DNA of 64,000 nt from Candidatus Omnitrophota bacterium (lineage in GTDB: Bacteria > Omnitrophota > Gorgyraeia > Gygaellales > Profunditerraquicolaceae), in assembly GCA_016208765.1 (NCBI GenBank), contig JACQXK010000004.1, forward strand, positions 20,243 to 84,242, in the 5' to 3' direction. Both the position numbers and the translations under genes were made by a program. Position 1 is the stretch's first letter. Each line of letters opens with the position of its first letter. The notes under the pieces are model-generated. The model worked only from the letters and a program-made list of their open reading frames with translations. It was not told where the DNA came from and made no database searches. Of this stretch, positions 52,981 through 62,495 are shown piece after piece.

Positions 52981-53502
52981 TTATGAGTATTTGCGGCACT
53001 TCAAAAAAGATAATAAAACCCTAATGATCATTAATGGGCTTGGCGGACAACCCGGTATGTGCAAAACAACCGGCAATATTTTATTAACCGCACCTTCTAC
53101 GTAGTACGAATCTTTAAAAACACCCCCGTCAAACGCGCAATCTCCGCAGGTAATCACGAATTTCGGCTCAGGCATTGCCTGATATGTTTTTTTAAGCGCA
53201 ACGAGCATATTCTTTGAAACCGGCCCAGTAACTAAGAGCGCGTCAGCATGCCGCGGAGAAGCAACAAAACTAACACCGAATCTCTGCAAATCATAAATAG
53301 GGTTATTTGCAGAAATTATCTCTGACTCGCATGCCTCGCATGAACCGGTATCTACTTCACGTATATTTAAGGACCTGCCAAAAGTACCCTGAATAATTTG
53401 CAGCAATTCCCCGCCGCACAATTCTATCTCTTGCGGCAAATCCAAATCAATATGCCGGGTCATCACTCCTTTTAAAATCCTATTTTTTAATATATGGCCC
53501 AT
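52981..53502 (-). CDS. Ehr small subunit (NuoB/HyfI-like, one Fe-S cluster)
   Basis: GSCEACE, ASPRHAD, GDCA, PGCPP. Confidence 0.9.
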   Translation of the reverse strand: MGHILKNRILKGVMTRHIDLDLPQEIELCGGELLQIIQGTFGRSLNIREVDTGSCEACESEIISANNPIYDLQRFGVSFVASPRHADALLVTGPVSKNMLVALKKTYQAMPEPKFVITCGDCAFDGGVFKDSYYVEGAVNKILPVVLHIPGCPPSPLMIIRVLLSFLKCRKYS

Positions 53503-53504
53503 TT

Positions 53505-55082
53505 TTAGAGGTCGTTACCTGAATAAGATAAATCAAAACTTTTATTACAAACCGGAAAATCCGGAACAATATTCCCCAACACCGCATAAGACAACCCTTG
53601 CCAATTACAAAAAGACGCATCAACAATCTTGCATCTTTCAATTAATCCCCGGGAATCAGTTTTAAGCCAGTACAAAACCGGGCCTCTCCAGGCTTCTACA
53701 TAACCTAAGGCGCTCGCCTCTTTTAATACAGGAGAGAAATTAATCTTTTCGCCATTCTTTAATTTTGCCAGAAATTCCTCAATTAAACGGCAACTCTCTT
53801 TAAACTCAGAAACCCTCATGCGCAATCTCGCCAAAACATCCCCGGATTCCTCTATTGCCATTTTGAATCCTGCCTCTTTATAAACGCCGGGAAAATATTT
53901 TCTTAAATCAACGGGAATCCCTGAAGCACGGGCAGCAAGCCCGTTAACGCCGATATCTTTAGCAGTTTTTTTCTTCAATACTCCCGTAGAATCTACCCTG
54001 TCCATGAACGAAACACTGGAAAATAATATTTTTGTAAGTTCTGAAAAATCATATTTAATATTTTTAAGAAAAATACGGGTACTATTTTTCTTGTTTTCAT
54101 CTAAGTTTAGCGAAACCCCTCCCACAAGATTAATTTTTTTAAGATACCTGCTCCCACAGAGTTTTTCATTTAACTGCAAGATCCCCTCTTTTATTATCGC
54201 AGAGAGCGCCGCCGGAAAACTAAAGCCCACATCAGTAGCAATCCCTCCAATATCATTTACATGATTATACATCCGCTCAAGCTCTAAAAATATGGCCCTT
54301 AAATAAGCTGCCTCTCCGGAAACGGATACACCGCAAATCTTTTCACAGGCCAAGGCAAATGCGAGGCTATGAGCAAAAGCCGCATCACCGGATACGCATT
54401 CTGAGAACCTGATTGCTTCAACACAATTCCTGCCTTCAAAAAGTTTTTCCACGCCGCGATGCGTAAAACCTAATCTTTGCTCAAGATTAATAATCGGCTC
54501 TCCAGCAACGCTAAAACGGAAATGCCCCGGCCCGATAATCCCGGCATGCACCGGCCCAACCGGAATCTCAAAAATACCCTTCCCCTCTACCCTGGAAAAT
54601 TTATATTCACCAAGGCTGCCTTCCACTTTCTTTGTAAAATCCTTACGTAAAGGAAAATTTCCCTGCGGCCAAACCTCATCATGCAAACGCAGCCTTCTTA
54701 AATCCGGGTTGCCTTTAGGCTCAATGCCAAACATTTCCCAAATTTCTCTTTCAAAAAAACTGGATGAATACATATTTTGCGCCAAAGAGTCAAAATACGG
54801 AGTTTCCGAGGGAATATCTATACTCACAGTTATCCACTTGCTTTGCCTTAAATTCAGAAACACGCAATTTACAACAAATTTACCTGTTTTTTCGCGCTCA
54901 TCAAGCGCAAAAAGCATCACTACCGAAGACAAAAGAATTTTATGCAATGCTAAACATGCCTCCTTAAATATCTGCGGGGTTACCTTCATAATCAGCTCAT
55001 CAGCATAATTCTCTTCGCAGGAAATCACGCTAAACTGAGGAAACAGTTTCTTTACAGCTAAAATAATCTCTGAGCAAACCAT
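53505..55082 (-). CDS. Ehr large subunit (NuoCD/HyfG-like) lacking Ni-binding CxxC motifs
   Basis: ERE..EMFG, GPVHAGII.PGHFRF, HRGVEK. ECVSGD and DLSYSG replace the two CxxC motifs. Confidence 0.9.
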   Translation of the reverse strand: MVCSEIILAVKKLFPQFSVISCEENYADELIMKVTPQIFKEACLALHKILLSSVVMLFALDEREKTGKFVVNCVFLNLRQSKWITVSIDIPSETPYFDSLAQNMYSSSFFEREIWEMFGIEPKGNPDLRRLRLHDEVWPQGNFPLRKDFTKKVEGSLGEYKFSRVEGKGIFEIPVGPVHAGIIGPGHFRFSVAGEPIINLEQRLGFTHRGVEKLFEGRNCVEAIRFSECVSGDAAFAHSLAFALACEKICGVSVSGEAAYLRAIFLELERMYNHVNDIGGIATDVGFSFPAALSAIIKEGILQLNEKLCGSRYLKKINLVGGVSLNLDENKKNSTRIFLKNIKYDFSELTKILFSSVSFMDRVDSTGVLKKKTAKDIGVNGLAARASGIPVDLRKYFPGVYKEAGFKMAIEESGDVLARLRMRVSEFKESCRLIEEFLAKLKNGEKINFSPVLKEASALGYVEAWRGPVLYWLKTDSRGLIERCKIVDASFCNWQGLSYAVLGNIVPDFPVCNKSFDLSYSGNDL

Positions 55083-56515
55083 ACAAGTTCCTTTTTAATA
55101 AATGGCAATACTGCGCCAAAAACGCAAACCTGAAAAAACAAAAATAAAAAACTAAGCTTAACGCTTAAAGGTTCTTTTATAACTGCCATATCCTTGGGGG
55201 TATTACCAAAAAGCATTTTACCGAAATGAAAAACAAACGCTCCAAAAATGACCGACAAGAATAAGAGCAACAAACCAGCCACCAAATACGAACCTTTAAG
55301 AAACGCCGCCGCAATAATTAAAAACTCGCTAAAGAAAATGGAAAACGGCGGAAAACCGGCAAGCGCAAACATGCCCAGAAGCACCATAATGCCGGTAAAC
55401 GGCATAACCTTAATTACCCCCCTGATCACATTCATATTATGTTTTTTATAAACGTTAATAATGTTTCCGGCGCCGAAAAACATCAATGACTTGGTAACTG
55501 CATGGCTATACACATGCAGCAATGCCCCAATCACGCCAAAAACCGGGCCCAAGCCAAATCCGACACAGATTATACCAATGTGTTCAATGCTGCTGTAAGC
55601 CAAAAGGCGTTTTAAATCTTTCTGCACAATGACAAACCCGCAGGAGATGGCCAAGGAAATCACTCCAAATAAAATCATCAGGTTGCCAAAATATGCAAAG
55701 CCAACACCTTTGACAACGATAATACCAAATCTTAAAATCGCATAAATTGCCGTCTTTAACAAAACTCCTGAAAGCAGCGCGCTTATTGGGCTGACTGCCT
55801 GGCTGTGCGCATCCGGAAGCCATGTGTGCATCGGGGCAAGGCCAGCCTTTGTGCCATATCCGACAAGAATAAATATAAATGCAATTTTAAGGATATTCTT
55901 ATCCAGAATATGCGCAACAGGGACCATCTCCTGCCAATTAAGGCTCCTTGATAACCCGGAAATAGCAAAGGCATAAGAAAAAAGTATCGTCCCTAAAAGC
56001 GCTAAAATTATTCCCAGCGAACAAATAATAATATATTTCCAGGCAGCTTCAACAGATTCTTTGGTATTGTAAAAACCCACAAGAAACGCAGATACAAGCG
56101 TGGTTATTTCAATGGAAACCCAGAGCATCCCCAGATTACTCACCGCCGGGACAAAAAACATAGCCAGGCAAAATAAATTAAAAAGCAGATAATAGATTCT
56201 TGCCTTCTTCTCGGTTATCTTTTCTTTATCTAAATCATTCCTGATATACCCGATAGAATACAGTGATGCGGCAAAGCTGACCACTGAAGTTACAAAAATA
56301 AAAAACGCGCTTAAAGAATCCAAATATATAAAACCTAAATAAGAAACAAAGCCTGCCGGGGCTAAAAAGAAAAGTTTACGCAATAAAATTATGCTAAAAA
56401 CCAGCACCATCAGATACCCTGCGGAGTTAATTATCCCGAATACCTTGGGCCTCTTAAAAACAAGCGCACACAAGATAAGTATAACCGGAATACCAAGAAT
56501 TAAAAATATCTGCAT
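55058..56515 (-). CDS. HyfF-like antiporter-type membrane subunit
   Basis: EAAWKY, GYGTKAGLAPMHTWLPDAHS, KRLLAYSS.EH. Confidence 0.9.
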   Translation of the reverse strand: MQIFLILGIPVILILCALVFKRPKVFGIINSAGYLMVLVFSIILLRKLFFLAPAGFVSYLGFIYLDSLSAFFIFVTSVVSFAASLYSIGYIRNDLDKEKITEKKARIYYLLFNLFCLAMFFVPAVSNLGMLWVSIEITTLVSAFLVGFYNTKESVEAAWKYIIICSLGIILALLGTILFSYAFAISGLSRSLNWQEMVPVAHILDKNILKIAFIFILVGYGTKAGLAPMHTWLPDAHSQAVSPISALLSGVLLKTAIYAILRFGIIVVKGVGFAYFGNLMILFGVISLAISCGFVIVQKDLKRLLAYSSIEHIGIICVGFGLGPVFGVIGALLHVYSHAVTKSLMFFGAGNIINVYKKHNMNVIRGVIKVMPFTGIMVLLGMFALAGFPPFSIFFSEFLIIAAAFLKGSYLVAGLLLLFLSVIFGAFVFHFGKMLFGNTPKDMAVIKEPLSVKLSFLFLFFQVCVFGAVLPFIKKELVWFAQRLF

Positions 56516-56520
56516 GAATA

Positions 56521-57156
56521 TTATCCTTTTAAACGCGAAAGCTTATTCACATCTATATGAGTAAAAAGCTTATTGATCCTGTAAATAAAAAATCCCATAA
56601 TAACAACGCTTACAAATACGTCAAAAAATATGGCGATCTCCACAAAAAACGGCATTCCGCCGGAAACCGTGGCAGCAAGCAGGAATAATCCGTTTTCCAT
56701 CACTAAGAGCCCGATGATCTGGGATAACGCGGTAATCCTGAAGATCATCAGAAAAACACCGGTTAATATTGCAAAGAATGACACTGCCAGAACAACGACC
56801 TGGGCTTGGTTGCCGATAGAAATTATTTTCCCGGAAAGCGCCCACGACAAATAAGTGAGAAAAAAAGCGAACAACAAAGAAATTTGCACATTTAAAAGCA
56901 TCCCTACGTCCTCGCTGACCTTTATTTTCTTTATGATGCGGTATAAAAAATGCGGGATAATACATACCTTTATGAGAAACAATAACCCCGAAATAATATA
57001 CAAATCAAGCTGGCGCTCATTAACAGCAATTGAAAGCGTGGCCAGAAACAAAAAGAACGACTGAATACGAAAACTGCTGATTAACGCCGGAAGCCTTTTT
57101 GCGATAATCATCAGATAGGTTGAGACCAAAACCCCGAATAGAATTATAGCCTGCAT
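56521..57156 (-). CDS. HyfE-like membrane subunit
   Basis: QS, K...IP, GLLVMENG, MP..VE...FDV. Confidence 0.88.
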   Translation of the reverse strand: MQAIILFGVLVSTYLMIIAKRLPALISSFRIQSFFLFLATLSIAVNERQLDLYIISGLLFLIKVCIIPHFLYRIIKKIKVSEDVGMLLNVQISLLFAFFLTYLSWALSGKIISIGNQAQVVVLAVSFFAILTGVFLMIFRITALSQIIGLLVMENGLFLLAATVSGGMPFFVEIAIFFDVFVSVVIMGFFIYRINKLFTHIDVNKLSRLKG

Positions 57157-57157
57157 A

Positions 57158-58084
57158 TTAAATCCTTAAGATTGCACAGATTACAGAAATAACCGCCAAA
57201 ACAAAACCAAATCCAAGAAAATCCGCAACTCTAAATAAGCGCATCTTGGCCAAGGAAACCTCCACAATAGCAACCGCAATAACAATAATCATAATCCTTG
57301 CCAAATACCACATACCCCAGGAAATAAGCCCGGAGAAATTATTACAACAGCTAAAAGAAGCAATCGGAAAAATCAACTGAGCAATTACAAAAAACCAAAG
57401 CATTTGTTTTATATAAGCTGCCCATTCTATTAACGCCAAGCGCTTTCCTGAATATTCCAAAATCATTGCTTCATGCACCATGGTTAACTCAAGGTGCGTT
57501 TCCTGATTATCTACCGGTATACGCGAAGTCTCGGCGATTATCACCATAAATAAGGCAATCCCTGCTACCAACAAGGAAACAGGCACGGGATGCATGCCAA
57601 AAGACGCTGCAATCCCGGTTGAGCCAAATTGCAAAGATACCGAGAAAATTACCAGGCACACTGCAGGCTCAGCAAGGCTTGAAATAAACATTTCTCTTGA
57701 AGAACCCATCCCTGTGAAACTGCTTCCGGCATCAAGCGCAGCAAGTGCAAGAAAAAAACGCCCTAAAGCAAGCACAAAAATTAAAACAAAAAAGTCTCCG
57801 GCTCCGCCTAATGGGCTTTGTCCGATAAACATCGGAATCAATAACGCTGCTGTTAATACGCTGGCCATAACCACAAAAGGAGCAACGCCAAATACCCAGG
57901 AAGCTGTTTCAGAAATTACTTCCCTTTTTAAGAAAAGTTTCCTTAGGTTAAGATACGGCTGAAAAACCCCCTGGCCCTTGCGCATCCTTAATGTGTTTTT
58001 TATTTTGGTGATCAACCCGCTTAAAAAAGGAGAAAACAAAATAATAAATATTAATTGAATTATAGCCAGGGGTATTTTCATCAT
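57158..58084 (-). CDS. HyfC/HycD (NuoH-like) membrane subunit
   Basis: QPY..LRKL, GMGSSRE, ETSRIPVD..ETHLELTMVHE, AKMRLFR. Confidence 0.9.
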   Translation of the reverse strand: MMKIPLAIIQLIFIILFSPFLSGLITKIKNTLRMRKGQGVFQPYLNLRKLFLKREVISETASWVFGVAPFVVMASVLTAALLIPMFIGQSPLGGAGDFFVLIFVLALGRFFLALAALDAGSSFTGMGSSREMFISSLAEPAVCLVIFSVSLQFGSTGIAASFGMHPVPVSLLVAGIALFMVIIAETSRIPVDNQETHLELTMVHEAMILEYSGKRLALIEWAAYIKQMLWFFVIAQLIFPIASFSCCNNFSGLISWGMWYLARIMIIVIAVAIVEVSLAKMRLFRVADFLGFGFVLAVISVICAILRI

Positions 58085-58085
58085 C

Positions 58086-59915
58086 TTAGAACTTATTCAT
58101 GAATAAAATCAGCAAAAAAACGGTTACAAAAATATAACCCAGGTATAAATGAATACTGCCTGCCTGGATATTTCTCATTATTTTGGCAGTTTTAAAAACC
58201 GAACCTAACAATGGCTTATAAATGTATTTCTTAAAAACCATGGTTGTATGTGTTTCATAAACAAAAGATTTCACATGATAAAATGATTCCCTGATCTTCT
58301 CTGTTTTACGATAGGGCAGAAGAAAAAAACTAAATGCGATCCTAAAAGGTTTGGAAAATGCAGTCGCTGTGTATTCATTGCGCGCGTCTAATTTATAATA
58401 ACCGCAATCCCAAGTCGTATAAGTACGCGATTTATTCCTTAAGAATTTAATATAAAATATCCAGCCTATAAATAAGAAAACAACTAACGCGCATGCCAAT
58501 AAAGGCACGGAAAGATAAACCCCTTGGCCGGCCTGGGGCATTATTGTAAAATTATTCAGGCTAAACTTCATATTGCTGACATTAATTCCTGTTGCAGTTC
58601 CCGCAACCCTGGTGAGTAACTTTATAACAAAAGACGCCCCCAAGCCAAAACAGATTATCATTAAGGAAAGAAAAAACATTCCTATTCTCATAGAAACAGG
58701 CGCCTCTTTGGCGTTTTTGGCACTTTGGCTCCGAGGAAGCGCAAGAAATGTTATTCCAAAAGCCTTTACAAAACACGCCGCTGCCAAGGCGCTGGTTAAA
58801 GCAAGCATGCCCGCGCAAACAGTAAGGAATAACTTAGCGCTTACCGGCACATAAAAAGCTCCCCAGAATAACGCCTGCAAAGTCAGCCATTCGCTCACAA
58901 AACCATTTAAAGGCGGAAGAGCAGAAATAGCTATGGCGCCCAGCAGAAAACAAAATGCTGTCTGCGGCATAACCTTGATCAAGCCTCCTAATTTTTCCAT
59001 ATCTCGCGTTCCGGTTGCCTTATAAACACTGCCGCCGGATAAAAATAACAAGCCTTTAAAAATAGCGTGATTAACCAAATGATATAATCCTGCGACTAAT
59101 GAAAACACTGCCAGATATTGCAGGTTTAAACTTAAAAAAAACATCGCCGCACCTATCCCTAACAAAATAACCCCCATATTCTCAACGCTTGAATATGCCA
59201 GCATTTTCTTTATGTCGCTTTCCATCAAAGCGTAAACAATCCCCACCAAACAGGTAATTACCGCAAGGACTAAAACCAATCCTCCCCACCATAAAGAATT
59301 AACGCCCAGCAGAAATATTACAAACCTGATAATTCCATAAACCGCTGTTTTTATCATTACCCCTGACATAATGCTTGAAATATGGCTGGGCGCCTGCGGA
59401 TGCGCATAAGGCAGCCAAATGTGCATCGGCACAATACCTGCCTTGGTCCCGAATCCAATTAAGAGAAATAAGAAAACAAGGTGCTTAATTGAAGAAGGCA
59501 TAACCTGACAGGCATTTTTTATTGCCGTAAAATCAAAAGAATGCGCATGTTTATACAAAATTAAGAAAGCGGCAATCAAAAAAGCTGTACCGATATGCGT
59601 CATTACAATATAAATTGTCCCAGCCTGCACAGACTTTTCGTGTTTTGTATCAAAGACAACCAGAAAATAGGAAACCAAAGACATGATTTCCCAAGCCAAA
59701 AGAAAGATCAAGGCATTACCGGCAGTAACCACCAAAGACATGGATAATACGAAGATAGCAAGCAAAAACCAGGAAAGCTTGATTTTACCGACGGAATATT
59801 CGCCTTTTAGATAGCCAAAAGAGTAAATTGCAGAAGGCAGGGAAACAATAAAAATAACAAAAAGAAAAAACAAAGAAAGCGGATCAAATAATAAATTAAG
59901 GCTAAAATTTCCCAT
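58086..59915 (-). CDS. HyfB-like antiporter-type membrane subunit
   Basis: WEIMS, GTKAG.VP.H.WLP.AHP.APS, LAYSSVEN, PPLNGF.SEW, WDCGY. Confidence 0.9.
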   Translation of the reverse strand: MGNFSLNLLFDPLSLFFLFVIFIVSLPSAIYSFGYLKGEYSVGKIKLSWFLLAIFVLSMSLVVTAGNALIFLLAWEIMSLVSYFLVVFDTKHEKSVQAGTIYIVMTHIGTAFLIAAFLILYKHAHSFDFTAIKNACQVMPSSIKHLVFLFLLIGFGTKAGIVPMHIWLPYAHPQAPSHISSIMSGVMIKTAVYGIIRFVIFLLGVNSLWWGGLVLVLAVITCLVGIVYALMESDIKKMLAYSSVENMGVILLGIGAAMFFLSLNLQYLAVFSLVAGLYHLVNHAIFKGLLFLSGGSVYKATGTRDMEKLGGLIKVMPQTAFCFLLGAIAISALPPLNGFVSEWLTLQALFWGAFYVPVSAKLFLTVCAGMLALTSALAAACFVKAFGITFLALPRSQSAKNAKEAPVSMRIGMFFLSLMIICFGLGASFVIKLLTRVAGTATGINVSNMKFSLNNFTIMPQAGQGVYLSVPLLACALVVFLFIGWIFYIKFLRNKSRTYTTWDCGYYKLDARNEYTATAFSKPFRIAFSFFLLPYRKTEKIRESFYHVKSFVYETHTTMVFKKYIYKPLLGSVFKTAKIMRNIQAGSIHLYLGYIFVTVFLLILFMNKF

Positions 59916-59977
59916 TTTTCTTATTATCGCGGTAAGAAATGGCAGGACTTTTATCTATACCATCAAAAAGACACAGT

Positions 59978-60307
59978 CTACTTTTCTTTTCCTAAACTAG
60001 TTAAAACAGTAGCTGTCTTTTCTAATTTCTTACGTAACATTTCTGCTATTGGGCGCAAAACCCTGAATATCCCCTTATCTTCAATGGCATAATAAATAAC
60101 CGTACCCTGCTGCCTTGATTTCAATATCCCTGCTTCTCTTAGAGCCAATAAATGCCTGGAAAGGCTGGACTGGGGAATATTAAGGCCTTTGGCAATACCG
60201 CCTACTTTTTCTTCCTGTCTTTTAAGTAATTCTATAATTTGCAGCCGGAGAGGGTGAGCCAGAACTCTTAGAAAATCTGATTTTATTTTATATGCCAATT
60301 CTTCCAT
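59978..60307 (-). CDS. ArsR/SmtB family regulator heading the Ehr operon
   Basis: LAHPLRLQI, QSSLSRHL..LREAG, G..IYY. Confidence 0.92.
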   Translation of the reverse strand: MEELAYKIKSDFLRVLAHPLRLQIIELLKRQEEKVGGIAKGLNIPQSSLSRHLLALREAGILKSRQQGTVIYYAIEDKGIFRVLRPIAEMLRKKLEKTATVLTSLGKEK

Positions 60308-60385
60308 TGTTAGTAAGCTGATAGCGAAGTCTAGACCTCCGCTACCGGTATTATTCCTTATTTCTCAATATTCGGATATATGGTA

Positions 60386-60413
60386 ATTATACGAATTGTT
60401 TATAGTTTGTCAA
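60386..60413 (-). promoter_or_regulatory. Consensus sigma70 promoter of the arsR-ehr operon
   Basis: TTGACA-16 nt-TATAAT. Confidence 0.75.
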
Positions 60414-60457
60414 TATAATTTATACAATATTAAAAGCTTCATTACACTACATTGCAT

Positions 60458-60624
60458 TAACGGGTGGCTTGGCTTGATTCGAGCAGCACGTTAGAAAACT
60501 CTTGCGGGCATGGTTTTCCCGACTGAAAGTCGGGAAAGAGCACGAGTTTTCGCCCGAGTGCAGCCCCGACACGCCGGGGCGGGACAAACGGTGCTGCGAG
60601 AACAAGACAAGACAGGACCCATTA
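60458..60624 (+). repeat. Repeat family B, copy 2
   Basis: Shares AGCAGCACGTTAGAAARCTCTTGCGGGCATGGTT, GAGCAMGAGYTTTCGCCCGAG and CGGTGCTGCGAGAA with the reverse complement of 38884-39040. Confidence 0.85.
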
Positions 60625-60632
60625 CTTCATCA

Positions 60633-61058
60633 TCACTCAAGCCTGAGCTGGGCGCCTGCTTTAATCTGGTTCTTTTTGACAAAACCTGCGCTAACTTCTA
60701 AAACATACTTAGCTGGCTTGGCAGGAACAAGGCTTGGGCAAGAAGCCTGGCAAGGTTTTGCATCTTCTATTATATCAACAACTTTCTTATCTTCTGAAAT
60801 CCAAATTATATCTATAGGAATACGCATATTCCTCATCCAGAAACTATGCCTAAGCTCCTTTTCAAAAACAAAAAGCATACCTTCATTTTCTTTAAGTTCA
60901 TCCCTGAACATCAGGCCTTTTTGCCGTGTTTTATTTGTATCACAGACTTCAACCAAAACAGAGGCATTCCCTAAAGAAATTATTTTCTTTTTTTCTGCTG
61001 CTAAGCCCAAGGAAAAACAAACAAATGCCAAAATTAACAGCCACAAGATTATTCGCAT
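60633..61058 (-). CDS. DUF192 family exported protein
   Basis: RQKGLMFR, GMLFVF, FWMRNM..PIDII, YVLEV.AG. Confidence 0.9.
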   Translation of the reverse strand: MRIILWLLILAFVCFSLGLAAEKKKIISLGNASVLVEVCDTNKTRQKGLMFRDELKENEGMLFVFEKELRHSFWMRNMRIPIDIIWISEDKKVVDIIEDAKPCQASCPSLVPAKPAKYVLEVSAGFVKKNQIKAGAQLRLE

Positions 61059-61069
61059 AGATTATAAAA

Positions 61070-62491
61070 TTATTTAGACAGAAATTTATCTATATGGAAG
61101 GCGGCCTGGCGTCCTTCAGATATCGCCCAGACCACTAAAGACTGGCCCCGGCGCATATCGCCGCAGGAAAATACTTTTTTTACAGAAGTGCTGTAGTCAA
61201 GGCCGGTTTTTACGTTTCCACGAGGATCCAATTCAACAGCTAAATTTTCAAGAAGCCCTTTTTTCTCCGGATGTAAAAATCCCAAGGCAAACAGCACTAA
61301 ATCAGCCTCAAGTTCAAATTCAGTACCCGGGATCTCCTTGATCACTGGCGCGCCTTTGGCATCTTTAGAGAATTCAACACGCACGCAGGAGAGCTTCTTC
61401 ACCTCTTCGTTCTCTCCTATGAATTTTTTCGTAGAGATTGCCCATTGCCTCTGGCCTCCCTCCTCATGACTTGAGGAAACCTTAAAAATAAGCGGATACT
61501 TTGGCCAGGGCTGGTCGCAACTACGGCACTCCGGAGGCTTGGGCAGAAGCTCAATTTGCACTACACAGCTTGCTCCCTGGCGATGAGCCGTACCCACACA
61601 ATCTGAGCCGGTGTCTCCTCCGCCGATAACAACAACCTTTTTGCCGCCAGCATCAATCAATTCCTGCTGGCTGAATTTCTTTCCGGAAATTCGCTTATTT
61701 GCCTGTGTGAGATATTCCATGGCAAAATAAATCCCTTTTAAATACCTTCCTTCTACTTGCAGATCGCGCGGTCTACGCGAGCCGCCAGACAAACAAATTG
61801 CGTCAAACTCTTTTAATAATTTTGAAACCGGCAGATCTGTGCCAACATCAGTATTAACAGTAAATTTTATTCCTTCTTTTTCTAAAATAACAAGACGGCG
61901 GTCAATAATTTTCTTATCCAATTTAAAATCGGGTATGCCGTAACGTAAAATTCCACCCACCTTATCATCCCGCTCAAAAACAACTACTTTATGCCCAAGT
62001 TTATTAAGCTCATCAGCGCAAGCTAAACCTGAAGGCCCGGAACCAATCACAGCAACTTTCTTACCCGTGCGCTTCTTAGGCGGCCTTGGCTTAATATAAC
62101 CAGCCTTAAATGCATGCTCAATTATATCCAGCTCGTCTTCCCGGACAGTTACCGGATCATCGTTAATCCCTAACACACAAGCAAACTCACAGATTGCCGG
62201 GCAAATCCTGCCGGTAATCTCAGGAAAATTATTGGAAGCCTGCAATAAATCAACTGCTTTTTGCCATTGGCCGCGAAATATATAATCATTCCACTCTGGA
62301 ATATAATTAGCAACCGGGCAAGCCCAATGGCAAAATGGCGTTCCGCAATCCATACAACGCGAAGCCTGCTCCATGGATTTGTCTGCCTTGCGCAACAGAG
62401 AAACTTCAGAATAATCCTTAACACGCTCGCACACCGGGCGGTACTGCGCTTTTTCCCGCTTAACTTTTAAAAAACCCTTGATATCCCCCAT
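61070..62491 (-). CDS. gltD: Glutamate synthase small subunit
   Basis: [47 protein letters not shown]. Confidence 0.96.
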   Translation of the reverse strand: MGDIKGFLKVKREKAQYRPVCERVKDYSEVSLLRKADKSMEQASRCMDCGTPFCHWACPVANYIPEWNDYIFRGQWQKAVDLLQASNNFPEITGRICPAICEFACVLGINDDPVTVREDELDIIEHAFKAGYIKPRPPKKRTGKKVAVIGSGPSGLACADELNKLGHKVVVFERDDKVGGILRYGIPDFKLDKKIIDRRLVILEKEGIKFTVNTDVGTDLPVSKLLKEFDAICLSGGSRRPRDLQVEGRYLKGIYFAMEYLTQANKRISGKKFSQQELIDAGGKKVVVIGGGDTGSDCVGTAHRQGASCVVQIELLPKPPECRSCDQPWPKYPLIFKVSSSHEEGGQRQWAISTKKFIGENEEVKKLSCVRVEFSKDAKGAPVIKEIPGTEFELEADLVLFALGFLHPEKKGLLENLAVELDPRGNVKTGLDYSTSVKKVFSCGDMRRGQSLVVWAISEGRQAAFHIDKFLSK

Positions 62492-62495
62492 CTTG

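Noticed and set aside
53505-55082. Genuine [NiFe] hydrogenase-4 or formate hydrogenlyase
   Set aside because: Both Ni-binding CxxC motifs are absent and there are no adjacent fdh or hyp genes.
60491-61077. ORFs 60491-60682, 60502-61077 and 60510-60701
   Set aside because: They are frames through a family B repeat and antisense to the DUF192 gene.
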